Below, piece by piece: positions 1-13,574 of a stretch of DNA of 64,000 nucleotides. Position 1 is the first letter of the stretch. The number at the start of each line of letters is the position of its first letter. Made by a program: the position numbers and the translations under genes. Origin of the DNA: Nageia nagi (lineage: Eukaryota > Plantae > Pinophyta); contig JBITNC010000001.1 in NCBI GenBank assembly GCA_050084985.1, positions 25,358,001 through 25,422,000 of the forward strand. The letters run 5' to 3'. The notes beneath the pieces were generated by a model. That model was not told the origin of the DNA, ran no database searches, and worked only from the letters and a program-made list of their open reading frames with translations.

Positions 1-1697
1 ACATGAATTAATTGTAGCAATAGTATTGTCCAAATTAATGCAAAAAAAATGCAATAAGGCTCCTTTTAAAAATGCATAGAGGGTAAAGGCATCTACGAGG
101 TGGGAGGAGGGAGGGAGGCATCGATGTCGTGAGGTGGAGGCGAGGGGGTAAGTTGTGGTCAGGAGAAGGTGGTGTGATAATTGCACAAGGTATGGTGGAA
201 TGTGAAGGGCCATGCAGTGAGAAGGTGAATGGTAGGCAACTAAGGTTAAAATCGATTGATGGGGGCCACTTGATAGGTTATAGGGGTTGAAGTTGATGGA
301 TAGTACATATGATGGTACATAAAGGGTCAAGAGGTAGGAGGAAGGGTAACTCATCGACTTTGGCATATCATTTAAAGCCATGAAAGGTTCCTTTGCCAGA
401 TTCAAACCCAAACCTCATCAACTGAGTTGCTCATTAGTGGCCAGCTGGGGGTGAGGGGGCTAGAGGAAACTAGCAATGCTATAAGAGGCTGGTTGGTATG
501 GTGCGAGATAGGGTGGAGGTAGAATAATCTAGGCTACAAAGCTTTGCTAGATGTCCAATTCTAACTCATACTTGGTGTATGTCCATACTTTCTTCTATCA
601 TCTCCAAAAAAATGTAAATGCCCCTTTATGTATTTTATATATATATATATATAATAGGTTACAATAATAATATTTTTTAAAAATACATATTGTTAAATAT
701 ATATATATATATAATACAATAATAATTTTTATAAAACAATATTATTTTACTCTTTTTTTTTAATTTTTTTCTTTTTACAAAAAACAATAACAATAACATA
801 TATATATATTGTGAAAAAAAAATTGTATAATAACATGTGGTAAATTATTTTTTGTAGATTATACAATTTTTATACACAAAAAATTTAATATTGTAAAAAA
901 GATTTGCAAATTTATACTACTAACTATATACTAACAACTTTATTAAAATACATCATTGTTATTTATTTAAGCAAAATACTCAAAATTAACTAACATAAAA
1001 GGTTAGTAAGTAAAACAAATGTATAAAAACAATACATTATTATGCCAAGCAAAGTTTCTCATGAAAATTGTAACTAACATATAAACAAATGTTAGTATCA
1101 TTAAGTAACTCAAGAAAAAAATAATATAGGAGGTTATAACTTTAGATGGTACCAATTGAGAGGAGATGAATCCTTCTACATCCAAGATCACCTTGGAGTA
1201 ATCTTCCTCCTCTAAACTACAACTCAAGAATAATCTTGATAACACAATCTCATACACATAAGAGTGACACAAGATATATAGTGGTTCCTCTCAACAAGAG
1301 AATACTCCACTCTAATCTAGATATTATTACTTCTCAAAAACATACTCTTACAATGCACTACTAGCACTTTCTCTTCCTATCAATCTAAGAGCATTTCTTT
1401 ATTTTCTATAAGAGTGAAGAATGCTTGAGGGAATCTCTCAATTTATAGGCAAAAATCCCACTTTAGCTCATCTTTTAACCCAATGAGAACACCAAATACC
1501 AAAGGATAAACATATCCTCAAGTAGGATGAGTGCGGGACTAGTTTCAATATTTAATTCACTAAATACTTAAGAAGTATTAGGAATGATTTTAAGTATCTA
1601 GTGGATCAAATAGATATTTACATAAAGAAAAGAGATATTATTCTTCAGATACCTTCTAAAGACTAATTTGTACAATAGTGCATTATTAGTTCTAACA
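1..1697 (-). mobile_element. Ty1/Copia element Z: 5' LTR (1157-1697), degenerate PBS and start of the long leader; continues left out of the window
   Basis: On the minus strand the LTR runs TG(1697)...CA(1157) and is followed by AT-TGGTACCATC, a degenerate Met-tRNA PBS. It shares the GTGG...GAACCAC motif and general sequence with the LTRs of B and C. The leader has the same AT-rich then C-rich layout as B (10700-11340). No coding region is visible in the window. Confidence 0.7.
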
Positions 1698-4620
1698 TGA
1701 ATAAAGGGTACAATGTTCCTCCTATAATATAAGGCTTCTTAGAATTCCCATGCCTAATACCATATCTATATTCTTAAAACATAAAAGCCCATATTCTTTT
1801 CAATAAAACTCATTCTTTTGAGAAAGATTTACCTTTAATTTATTAATAATATCCTTACAATATGGGTATTTCAATATATATTCCCTTATTTTCTCTATTA
1901 AATCATTTTATTCCTATGATAGAGTTGTTATGTATCACCTTTAACTAATGTCATCAACCATTTTATTTTCCTTCCCTTTTATATACTCAATCCTAAAATC
2001 ATACTCTACGAGGAAATCTATCCATCTCCTTTGTTAAGCATTGAAAGTGGGTTGAGTAAATACATACCTCAAACTTTGATGAAGTCATCTTAGTTTGAAG
2101 GGCTTACCAAGGACATAATGTCTCTAAATTTTAAGTACATAAATCATAACTGTTAATCCTATGTCATGGGTAGTGTAGTTGAGCTCATTATCCTTGAGTT
2201 TTCTTAACTTAAATTCCACAGTAGCCCCATCTTACATGAGAGCTCCACCTAATACTTCTAAGTATGCATCAATGCATACTACAAAATCTTCATAAGGACT
2301 AGAGATTTATAGTATTAGGGTTGTTATGAGCTTTTTCTTCAGTGTTCTAAAGGATATTTCATACTTTTTTGAGCATTTAAATTCCTTTTTATTTTCTCTA
2401 AAGTGAAGTAATTGGGTAGGCTATTTTGAAAAAAATCCCAATGAATCTTTTGTAATACTTAGGAAAACCCATAAAACTATGTATTTTTGACACAATCTAA
2501 TTGTTGGCTTGCTAAGTATGGCTTCAGATTTCTTGGGATCTATTGCTATTCCAATTGTGAAGATATCTAACAAAAAATATTGGGCCTATGGTGTATAAAA
2601 TTTACACTTAATCAACTTGCCATAAAGTTGATTTTTCTCTGACTACATCCTATATCATTCTTAAATATTGATAGTGTTTCTCTTTCAACCTAAAAAAAAA
2701 TAATTACCATTTAAGAATACCATAACAAATTGGTCTAAATATCTCTTAAACACTATTTTTATCATGTTTATAAAAGTAATAGAGGTATTGGTTAACCCAA
2801 AAGATAAAATTATAAATTTGTAATGCCCATACCAAGTCTTGGAAGTTATTTTATGTGTATCTTCATATTTGATTCTTAGATGATGATATATGAACCTTAA
2901 GTCAATTTTTAAAAAGATGAAAACATTCTTGAGTTGATCGAAAAGATCATCAATTTTTGGTAAATGAAACCTATTCTTAATAGTTACTTTTTTTAGCATC
3001 TTATAGTTGATGTATAACCATAACAAACCTTTTTCTTCTTAATAAAAAGGATTGACACTCCCCAATATGATACACTTGGTTTGATGTGCCCTTTTTTCAA
3101 TAATTGAACTTTGAGTTCTTGCTTTTCTATAGTGGTCATCCTATAAGGAGTTCATATGAGAGGTTTTGTACTAGGTATTAAATGGATGGTGAAGTCAAAT
3201 TTCTTAAAAAGAAGTATACCTATAATTTCTTTGGAAACATATCACTATATTCTTGAATGATGGGATATTTTTTTATCATTTCCTCTTCCTCATCCTCCTT
3301 ATTACTATGATTCACATTTACTACATATATTTAACCATTTTTCTTTACTACTTTGGAAATTTGAGGGTTATATAAGAGATAAGGTTAGAAAGGTCCTTAA
3401 CAACTTTGAATCCTTAGTTGCCTTCCTTCATCATCGATGAAGTCCAACAATATTTCTTATAAATTAACAAATATATTATGAGAATTTAACTAATACATTC
3501 CTATGATTATGTAAACTGAACAAATTGGGGCCTCGTAAAGGTGTTGATTTTTTTACTCCCTTGGTAGTATAAGGTTTACACTAGATAAACATCGGTTCAC
3601 TCTATAGGTTAAGCATGAACCAAACTTAATATTCCACCTATTTTCCATGATCATTGACCTTATAGATAATTATTTTAATGTATGCATGGAAATAAAACTA
3701 TTTTTATCACCATAATCTATTAAAATAATTATTGATTTATCAAACATCTTACCTTATAACAATGCCTAGGTTTTAGGAGATTATTTTCTTATAGCCACAT
3801 AAGTTTGATGGTTCCTCTCCCTTGATTTATTTACTTATTTTTTTGGAGTATTTTGTGTTACCCTTTGATGATACTTGCTTGTATAATGTGATCATCTACA
3901 CACAAAACATCTAAAACAAGGAGGTGCTTATTTATTCTTATTATATCTTGGAGCATCTTTCTTTCCTAATCCTTACTATTTTCTCTACTGAATTTGGGAT
4001 TAAGGCCTTTGGTTTCCTTTTTTGGAGTGGTTTCCCTTTATTTTTTCCATTATTAACCTCACCCTTTTCCTCCTCTATGTTCTTATTGTGTTGTTCTTCC
4101 AACAACTCCACATAATTGTTTTTTTTTATTTTTAATAGTTCATTTATATCCTCTTGGATTAGTGAAGAGTAATTGGATATATATTTCTTTAAATTTTAGT
4201 TGGATCTTCTTACTTTGCTAAGTTAAAGGCCTTTTACAAGGTCTTTAAAGCATGAATATTTATGATGTTTTGCATTTTTATATCAATCCCAAGTACAAAT
4301 GTTTGCACCTTAAGTTTCTCATTGTTCTTATATGTTGGCACATATTTAAGTAACCTAACACATTTCCAATAATATCCTTATAATGAGGTCCCATTTTGGT
4401 GGAGGTTTGAAAATTCTTTGAAATTTTCCACATAAAACTATTTAGTTAAAAATCTTCTTTTGAACATTATAACAAAGTCACTATATTCAAGCTCGATGGC
4501 ATGAATACCATTACCTATTTTGTAGGTATTCCACCACTTCGAGGTTGCATCTTAAAGATGCAATGCTACTTTAATGATTTCTCTTTGGGGATGCCACCAT
4601 CCTATGATGATTAATATTTT
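1698..4620 (-). mobile_element. Degenerate Ty3/Gypsy gag-pol (chromovirus-type RT), truncated by element Z
   Basis: ORF 2685-3026 reads KKVTIKNRFHLPKIDDLFDQL...IDLR..YH..RI...MSFGLTN-like...LDQFVMVF, which is a Gypsy RT. An RNase H HQSLRY motif lies near 2060-2085 and a CxxC gag knuckle remnant near 3880-3915. Many stops. Confidence 0.85.
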
Positions 4621-4774
4621 TCATATTGAAGTTTAGTGATTTAATAGTTATAAATTAATGTGATGAATATTTTTTTTAATAATATTGAAGGAAGGGGTTT
4701 TGAAAGGGTCCCCAAAACCTTTTACAAAAGATCAATGAGTCTTCATATTATTTTTCTTGATCAAAATAAAATTA

Positions 4775-6019
4775 CTACCTATACAAGGTATTATAGGAAA
4801 AGCAAAATTTATAACATAAAAAATCAAAAGATGCATAAGTATCAAAGATTAATCTTATATCCTTATTTGACAGGTAAACATTATCACCTATCCATTTATC
4901 CATCTCCATAAGCAATTTAGAAGCTTCTTCAAAATTTCTTCTCGTTAGCATATTCAATTTTCTATCTACATCTATCAAATCAATAAAAAATAGATGAATT
5001 TGTTTCAATTTTTTTAGAATTCACCTCAAAGGAAAATTGGCCTCTTCATCGACTTGGATATTCTTTTCCTTAAACTTCTTCTCAATCATATTTGTTGCCT
5101 TTAAATTTTGAGAGGTAGAATTCAATTCTATTTGTATCTTCATTTCCATTTATATTTATATAATTTTTCCAATGTTGGCTCTGTTCCATAGATTTTAGGC
5201 TTGCTTTACACCCATTGATCCCTCTCCTTCCTCCCGATTTCATTTGGAGATTCTTGCTTCCCTTTTGGCTGGGTTCTTAGCTTGGAACTTTGACAATTCT
5301 TCCTAGATGTCCTAAAACTTTTTTTGGCTTCACTGCTATGATACTTGGGCCTTCATTCTTCTTGCATAACCATTCCTTATTAGCCAAAATATGCTTGAAT
5401 AATATCAAAACCAAACCTTGGTATAATGGATTTTTTATTCAAGTTCCTGATGTACATCATTCATCTCCTTCTCCATTTCTTTCAACAAAAATCCTAGTAT
5501 ATTAATTCATCTACCTTTATGAAGCACATTAATGAATGCAAATTCAAAGCTTCTAACCATAATGGATTTGGTGTACAATATTATGTATTACATAACCACC
5601 CACATCGCTTTTCTTGATGGGTGGGACAATGATTTTTTTGCAATCTCACTCCTGTTATTCATTGCATGTTCATTTTTATTAAAAAATGATGCATTTCTTC
5701 ATCTAGACTGTTTCTCTCATTTAATGCTTTCTCCCATTGCTCTAAAACTAGTAACATGTTTCATGAGAGTTAAATCAATATAAAATTCATCTCTAGTATA
5801 AGTCACTAATCACCACTTATTACAACTTAAGATAATTTGTTGCAAAAGATCAAAATCATAGCCCTTAAACTTTCTTAACAACTGCATAAAGCATCCTTTC
5901 TCTAGAGTTTCTTGGACAACCTCATCAACCATAAGGATCTTAGGATTTAAAATTAACTTTATTTCATCAAATTCCAATGTGAAATTATTAATGGGGCTCA
6001 CTATTTCCATATTTTGCAA
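4775..6019 (-). pseudogene. Retroelement extra ORF, copy 1 (upstream of Gypsy gag; plant-transposon-protein-like)
   Basis: ORF pieces 5810-6019 and 4775-5008, plus the motif INILGFLLKEMEK...YQGLVLIL near 5400-5510. It has the same orientation as the Gypsy gag-pol. Confidence 0.55.
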
Positions 6020-6951
6020 TCATCTAATGCCTCCCCCTAAACAACATTTGAATGTGAATAGAGTTCTAAATCTTCTTAAGCAAGTTTTGATTTCGTGCCT
6101 CTAAACTCTTCAATATGATTATGATTATATGCTCCATTACACATGAGAAATCCTCTCTTCTACTGATTACTCCCCTTTGATACAACTCATCACAAAGTTC
6201 TCATGCATACTTTAGTCCTTTCCATATTTTAGTTGCCTTAGAATTATGAAATAGATAAACTCAACTTGATCTTGATCCAAATATTGGTTACATATACAAC
6301 TTAAACATTGTTCATGCAATTTTTTGATGACCCCATTTGTCACTATAATTTGTAATATGAAGCTACCAAAATCACCCTTATATATGGCAATCAAACTCAG
6401 TTAGAAAAATGCTTCATTATATGTCAAACCTTTGTGACTTTTTTTGAATCTTTTGGTTGGTTTCTTAGCTTGGAAATTTAATAATTCTTTCTTTATGTCT
6501 TGAGGCTTCTATGATTTCACTCCTACCATACTAAGGGATTCATTCTTCTTTCTTACCCATTTGTTGTTGGCCAAAATATGCTTTAATAACATCAACATCA
6601 AACCTTGGTGCAATTGAGTTTTAATTCTTCCTTGATGTACATCATTCATAGTCTTCTCCATTACTTTCAACAAAAACCCTAGTATATTAATTTGTATACC
6701 TTTACAAAGCACATTGAAGAATGAAAAATCAAATCTTCTAACCATAATGGTTTTGGTGTCCAACATTATTTATTACATCACCACCCACACCACTTTTTAT
6801 GATGGGTGGAGAAAGGATTATACTACAATCCCACTTCCATTCTTCCTCGGGTGTTCATTTTTATTAAAAAGATGCATTTCTTTAGCTAGACTATGTTTCT
6901 CTTGTATAATGCTTTCTCCCATTGCTTTAAATCTAATAAACTATTCCATAA

Positions 6952-7228
6952 TGTTAGAATATGATCTAGTATTATATGTATCTAGCAATTTCCTAAGTCT
7001 ATGTAGGCATAGATATTTAGTTATGTAGGCAGGGAAGTGATATATTTGTTAAGATTTTGCTATAAATAAGACCTAGTCATATAGCTTAGTCATTTAGAAT
7101 TTGTTAGTCATGGCCTATGAATAGAGTCTAGTGCTATTACTTTGGTCTGGTGCTATTTCTTAGGTTGCTCTTAACATTGTAAAATATAACCCTTTTGAGA
7201 ATAATATTAAGTTCTTTTAGAATTCATA
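6952..7228 (+). repeat. 5' LTR of Copia A
   Basis: Direct repeat of 20635-20916, followed by the PBS. Confidence 0.93.
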
Positions 7229-8167
7229 TGTGGTATCAGAGCACTATAAAGATTCATGGTAGGATTAAAAATCCTATGGAGTTTCCCATCACTTTTGTGA
7301 GTTTAGCTAGGTCAACTAGTTGAGATATATGAAATAAGGAATGTTGTCAAGAATTTGATGTGAGTGTATTGTTGGTCAGAAACATAAATCTACTACTATG
7401 AAGGATGTGATACTACTGTTAAGAGAGCCTAGGAAGTGAGAAGTGCTTCCAGCATTTGGAGAAGCTCATTTTCATTTGGTGTGTCCTTTTGATCCCATGA
7501 AAGTAATGTGGAAAGATAGAGTGGCTAGATAAGTGACAAAGCCTATTGAGGATGTGGTCGTTTGCCATGGAGGTTGGAATTACAAGCCATTTGGAAATTA
7601 TCTTGAGTGCTAAGAACATCGAGAAGGGACATAAACCACATTGTTATTTGATTGAAAGTAGAGGTGCTCTTGTTAAATGCATAAACAACCTGTCAGTAAG
7701 ATTTTATTACACCAAGGAGATTGCATTACACTAAGTAGAAGTTTAGAATTTATTGAGAGATGTCCAATGTGGAGATAAGACATACTACTACTATAGTTCA
7801 ATTACACTTTGAAGTGAGGTTCAATTGTTGCACATAGATCTCGCAAGGTGCCTTTATCTACTATGTATTTTGGAGAATGCAAGTTGTGGCTCGTATAGTG
7901 AGTTATTTCTACATGGATGTTTGCTATTATTTGTTGCATCTAGAGAAATAATATTAACATATTATGCCACTATGAAGAATTTTTATGCAGAGTTTTATTA
8001 TTTAAATTGAAAGGAGATGTGAAAGAGAAAAGCAAAATTTTGCCTATAAAAGCCTTTTGGCACACCTATTTAAAACTATTGGTACAAGAAATATTTTGGA
8101 GTACATCTATTTTTTGTTCCTGCTGTGTGTTGCATTTGGTGACATGGTGAATAGTAAGTGGTAAGTG

Positions 8168-9988
8168 ATGGCTACTTACAACAATAGTCTTCCCATTCTA
8201 GAATTCAAATATGAGAATTACAAGTATTGGTCCATTCATATGAAGCATTTTCTCATCAACAAAGGTGCTTGGGAGATTATGGAGGATGATTATGCAGAGC
8301 TAGCTGATTAGAGTGATGTTCCAACTGCTAATCGAGCAACAATGAGAGAGGTATAAAAGAAGAAGAATATGACACTCATCTACTTACAAGAAGCTTTGGA
8401 TGAGAGCATCTTTCCAAGGATTACAAGTTGTGCTTCATCCAAGGAAGCATGGAAAGCTCTAAAAGAGAGCTATGAAGGCAACACCCAAGTCAAGCAAGTG
8501 AGATTGCAAACTCTCAAAATGGAGTTTGAAAATCTCGAGATGAAGGAGGCTAAAAAAGTTGGAGACTATTGCATAAGATCCAAAGCATGTGTTGACAAAA
8601 TGAGAGCTTTTAGTGAAAAAGTGGAGAATGAAGTCATTGTAAAGAAAGTGTTGAGGAAACTTTTGCCCAAGATCAAATTGAGAGATGATAAGGCACTACA
8701 AGTTGAAGGCATGGGAGCCATGGAGTTTCCAATAAAAGATGGTATAAATAAGGTAAACAATATCTATTACACTCCTACCCTCAAGCATAATTTGCTTAGT
8801 GTAGGAGAAATGATAGAAAATAACTATAGGCTTATTTTTGAAGATGGAAAATGTGTAATTTTTGACAAAAATAATTGTAATAGAATTATCACACAAGTGC
8901 CTATGACAAAGACTAGGTTATTTCCTCTTAAGTTTGGGGAACAAGGAGATGCCCAACTTCCTAATGTAGCCATTGAAAATTTAAGTGTACTTTGGAACTT
9001 GAGATATGATCATCTTAATTATACAAGCTTGAAGTTGTTAACTTCTCAAGCTATGGTATGTGGACTACCAAAAGTTGAAGAGCACAAGGAGGTGTGTGAA
9101 GGATGTGCTTTGGGAAAGCACTCAAGAACAAAGTTTCCAAGAGGTGAAGCATGGAGAGCAAGTCATCCACTACAATTAGTACATTCGGATATTTTTGGTC
9201 CAATTCAAACCAAAAGCATGGGTAACAATACTTACTTTCTTATCTTCATAGATGAATACTCTAGATATTGTTGGATTTATTTTTTGAAATCTAAAGATCA
9301 AGCTTTTGAATGCTTTCAAGATTTCAAGAATAATGTAGAGAATCAAGGTGGCTATGTGATCAAATGTTTGAGTATAGATAAAGGAGGGGAGTTTTGTTCA
9401 AATGTATTTCTCCAATTTTGTAAAGAATGTGGGATCGAATAATAATTAACAACTACCTATACCCACAATAGAATGGTGTGGCTAAAAGAAAGAACCGCAC
9501 TATTGTAGAAATGGCTAGATTAATGCTCCAAACAAAGAAGCTAAGTAACATGCATTGGGTTGATGCTATTAGAACCAGTGTTTATATTTTGAATATGAGT
9601 CGCACTTCTAGTTTAGATGGGATGACACCTTATGAGGGTTGGTATGGTAAAAAGCCAAATGTAAAGCACTTTAGAGTTTTTGGTTGTCTTACATATGCAC
9701 ACATTCTTGATAACAAAGGAGGAATCTTGAACCCAAGAGTTAAGCATGTATTTTCATTAGGTATAGTGAGTTTTCAAAGGCATATAGACTTTACAATCCA
9801 AAAATATATAATCTTATTACCTCTAGAGATGTAATTTTTGATTAAGGGGGAGTATGGGGGTATCAAAAACTTTTTGTTGATGATGGATCTCAAGATGAAA
9901 GTTCCTCCCAAGTGCATCCCATTGCTAATAACAACAATAAAAGTTCTCCTACAAGTCCAAAAAAGAGTTCTACTTCAAGTACACCAAG
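8168..9988 (+). pseudogene. Copia A gag / truncated protease / integrase
   Basis: ORF 8369-9442 has gag (AKEAW-like, LQTLKMEFENL), GAG-pre-integrase HLNY...CEGCALGK and rve LVHSDIFGP...DKGGEF. Stops and frameshifts are present. Confidence 0.92.
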
Positions 9989-10493
9989 TGTTGGAATGTA
10001 TAATGCATTATTGTAAAGGTTTGTATTAAATCTTCTATGTAAATTCATTAATACTTAAGGCTATCATTTGATACCTTAAGTATTTAAGTGAATATGATAA
10101 TGTAACTTGTCCTACACTCCATGTCATGAGCATGCCCCTTGGATAAAAAGATGTGCATGTCATGCTTTTGTACATTGGATAAAAGGGTGATCTAAAGAGA
10201 GATTTTGGCCTATAAATAAAATGCTCCCTCTTTGTGATCACACACCAATGGTGGAGTAAAGCTATGCTATAGGATGGAAGTGTAAGAGTTGAGGTTAGGA
10301 GGATTGTAAGAGAGTTGTATTTGTGATTGAAGTAAAGATCTAGTTAGTGGATGTACTCCTAGTTGGAGGAACCACTTTACATTTTGAGTTACTTTGTGAT
10401 ATTATCTTATTTGTGAGTTTGTTAGATGTGTATTGTGAGTTTTCAAGATATCTTGGTTGTTTAGGAATTATCTTGTTAGTGTTAGTTCCTTCA
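9989..10493 (+). repeat. 5' LTR of Copia B
   Basis: Direct repeat of 18315-18820, followed by the PBS. Confidence 0.95.
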
Positions 10494-12229
10494 AGTTGGT
10501 ATCAAAGCTCCTTGTAAGCTTCTTTTCACATCCTTTTTGTGTGGAAGCTCCTCATCAACTTGGTGTTAAGGCTCCTCTTCAATCTGGAGGTCTTCTTCCT
10601 TCACTTGCATCTTTGAGGGCTAAAAGGATTTGTTAGTATAATTTTCTCCTTAATCTTTTTCTTACTTCATATGGCACTAACATTGTTATTGTTATGTTAG
10701 TTCAATCTATTACATTTTTTTTTTTGTAAAATTCAATCTCTTACAAAAAAAATTTTGCTTCAAATATCATAATATATTGTTGCTTTTTACTAACAATTTC
10801 TTTATAAGTTAGTAATTACATTTTTTTAAGCAATAATGTTTTATGTATATAAAAATTTATATGTGCTCCTTTGTTTTCTTAACATTGAATTTTTTTTATT
10901 TGCAAAACTTTTAAAAGAAAAGCTTTATTTACAAAGTTTTGCAATATTTACATAATATTTTATTTTTCCCCAAAATTTTTTTATTATTTTTGCAAAATTT
11001 TTAATGCAAATAGAGAGAAATAATTTTTTAGAGGTAATTTATTTATTTTAATTTTTAAAAGCAAATAGGGAAAAAAAATTAGAGGTAATTTATTATAAAA
11101 TCAAATAATAATAATAATAACAGCCACCCCTGCAGACTTACAACTCCTGCTGCTCGGCTGCCTCCTCAGCACCACCACGCTGCTCGCCCCCATCGTAGCA
11201 CCAACATTGCCCCCTGTCGTAGCACCATCGCCCATTCGTGACCCCTTCGTCGCTCACCACCTCCTCCACTTCGCGGCCTACTTATGTCATCATCGCCTTT
11301 CCCCATCTCAAACCCCTCACTTGCCTCATGTGGTCTTCTCTCTATTAGCTGTTTGGTTCCTTTTTTTATCTCTTTAACCCTCTTCAGCCTTTTTTTTAAG
11401 TTTTTTTAAAATAATACACCTACCCCTCTATTTAATTTTTTTTTGGTAGATGACTTTTTCTCTCCTTGCTAGTAACATTTAGTGCAAAGTTTTTTAAATT
11501 GGTAATGGATATCCATACGCCTTCTTTTTTCTCTTTAATGGTTGTCCTACATATTTAATTAATTGATTTGAGGTAGAGTAAGTATCAAAAGCAAATGATG
11601 AAGTATTTATTTCCTTGTTTACTTGGAGAATATTTTTTAAGGCATTTTTTTAGCTAAAATTATTAATGACTTGATAATATATTTAGTACTTCTTTTTACC
11701 TTAAAAAGGGGGGAGATGAATATTTTTTATTTGAAGGATTTTTTGCATGCTAAAAGTACTTAAATAGTTAAATGTGAAATTTTTTTACTTTGGTAAAAAT
11801 ACATTTTTAATACTTACATTAAAATTGCAAATGCTTATAAAAAGGAATTTTTTACTAAATTATTAAAATTATTTCTTTTATCTCTAATAGGGAGGGGATA
11901 ATTTTCTTAGTACTTGGAAGATAATTCATTAGCATGCAAGTACTTTTCTTGACATTTTTTTCTTTAGTTAAACTTCTAAGGTAAAACTAGTATGCTATCT
12001 TTAGGGATAAATCTTTAAGTAAAAAGGGGAGAATTTGTATAAATTTTTACTTAATTTTTTATCTAGATATTGCATGTTAGATAAAATATTGCATGTTTAT
12101 CTTTCTAAAATCCTTATGCAAATTAATAGGATGATACATGCTCCTTACCTTTTTTTAATGTTAAAAGATGCATGCTAAGTATTCATCTTTATTTCTTATG
12201 CAAAGTTAATGAATGAACTTATGCAAATT

Positions 12230-12720
12230 GTGGAAATAATGCATGCTTAAGGACTTAAATTTTTTAAGTTAATGCTTAGGACTTAAAATTTTAAGATGCA
12301 TGTTTAAGCCTTCTAATTTTTTATATGAATGGACTAGTTCTTATAATTTACAAATAATGCATATTACTTAGAAATTTTAAATGCCTCTCTAAAGTTAATG
12401 TTGCATACTTAGAACTTAATTTTTTAATTTAATGGTACATGCTTAGTACTTAACTTTAAATGATGCATGCTTATGCTTATTACTTAAAAATTTTAAGTTA
12501 ATTAATGCATGCTTAGTACTTACTTTTTAAGTTAATGTTGCATGCTTAGGACTTAAATTTTTAAGTTAATGTTACATGTTTAGGACTTAAATTTCTAAGT
12601 TAAATGTTGCATGCTTAGGATTTAATTCTTTAAGTTAAAAGATACATAGAGTATTTATCCTTCATGCAAAGATAACTTATGCAAATTTTTGAAATTAATA
12701 CATGCTTATGCTTAAGTATT
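12230..12720 (+). repeat. Degenerate ~34-bp tandem repeat in the leader of B
   Basis: Recurring unit GTTAATGTTGCATGCTTAGGACTTAAATTTTTAA. A related motif occurs in C at 63160-63360. Confidence 0.8.
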
Positions 12721-12778
12721 TCTCTTTTTTTTTGCAAAAATGAACTTGAGCAAAATATGGACTTGTGTAAAAATGTCC

Positions 12779-13345
12779 TTTAGGGGTTAATAAACAAAAC
12801 CCATTAGACACTCAGGTTTCAAGTTATGAATTGATGATATTTTATTTATGCTCTTTTATTTTATGTTTCATACTTTGATTTATTTACTTATGCAAGCAAA
12901 AAAAATGCAAACATTGATATGACCAACCCCCTAAAATGAACACATTCGCACGTATATTCTGTAACATGACTTATTTGGGGAGCCATGAGGTGAGGACAAG
13001 TGGATTGGAGCCTTTAAGTTCGATGATCTGAGTGGTGAAAAGTTCATACTTCTTAATTACCTCTAAGTCCTCTATTTCTCTGGATATAACTCTATCAGGT
13101 GGACAAGCATGTGTGTAATGATACCACATGTTCGCACGTCCATTCAGGAATTATCTTGATAACTTAGAAGGATAACTTGAAACCTAATCAAGATTAATAA
13201 TTTGATAGATCTAATAAATTTCAAAACCTTAAAAAATAGCTAATACTTCTCCTTATCAAAGTATATTGCTATCCAAGGGAAACTGGTTGAGGATTGGTAG
13301 GACCTGAGCTCCTCTTATGTGGGCATCCAAGTGAAGGCCTAATTT
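12779..13345 (+). other. Conserved structured non-coding leader element of Copia B
   Basis: Colinear high similarity with the minus strand of 62550-63113, with shared stems. Confidence 0.7.
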
Positions 13346-13574
13346 TAGATAAGAAAATAAGCTTCAATAATGTCACTCTACATCTATGGTTCTTGAGATG
13401 AAAAATGTATTTGGGTACATGGTTTATTATTTGAATTGTAAAATATTTGCACTTGTGAATCAAATCGAGCATGTATATAGTGTTAAATGTAACATATATT
13501 ATTTATTTAGTTTAAAACTTAACATTTTATTTATTAAAAACATATGCTTATTATTTCATATTTTCATATAGTAA

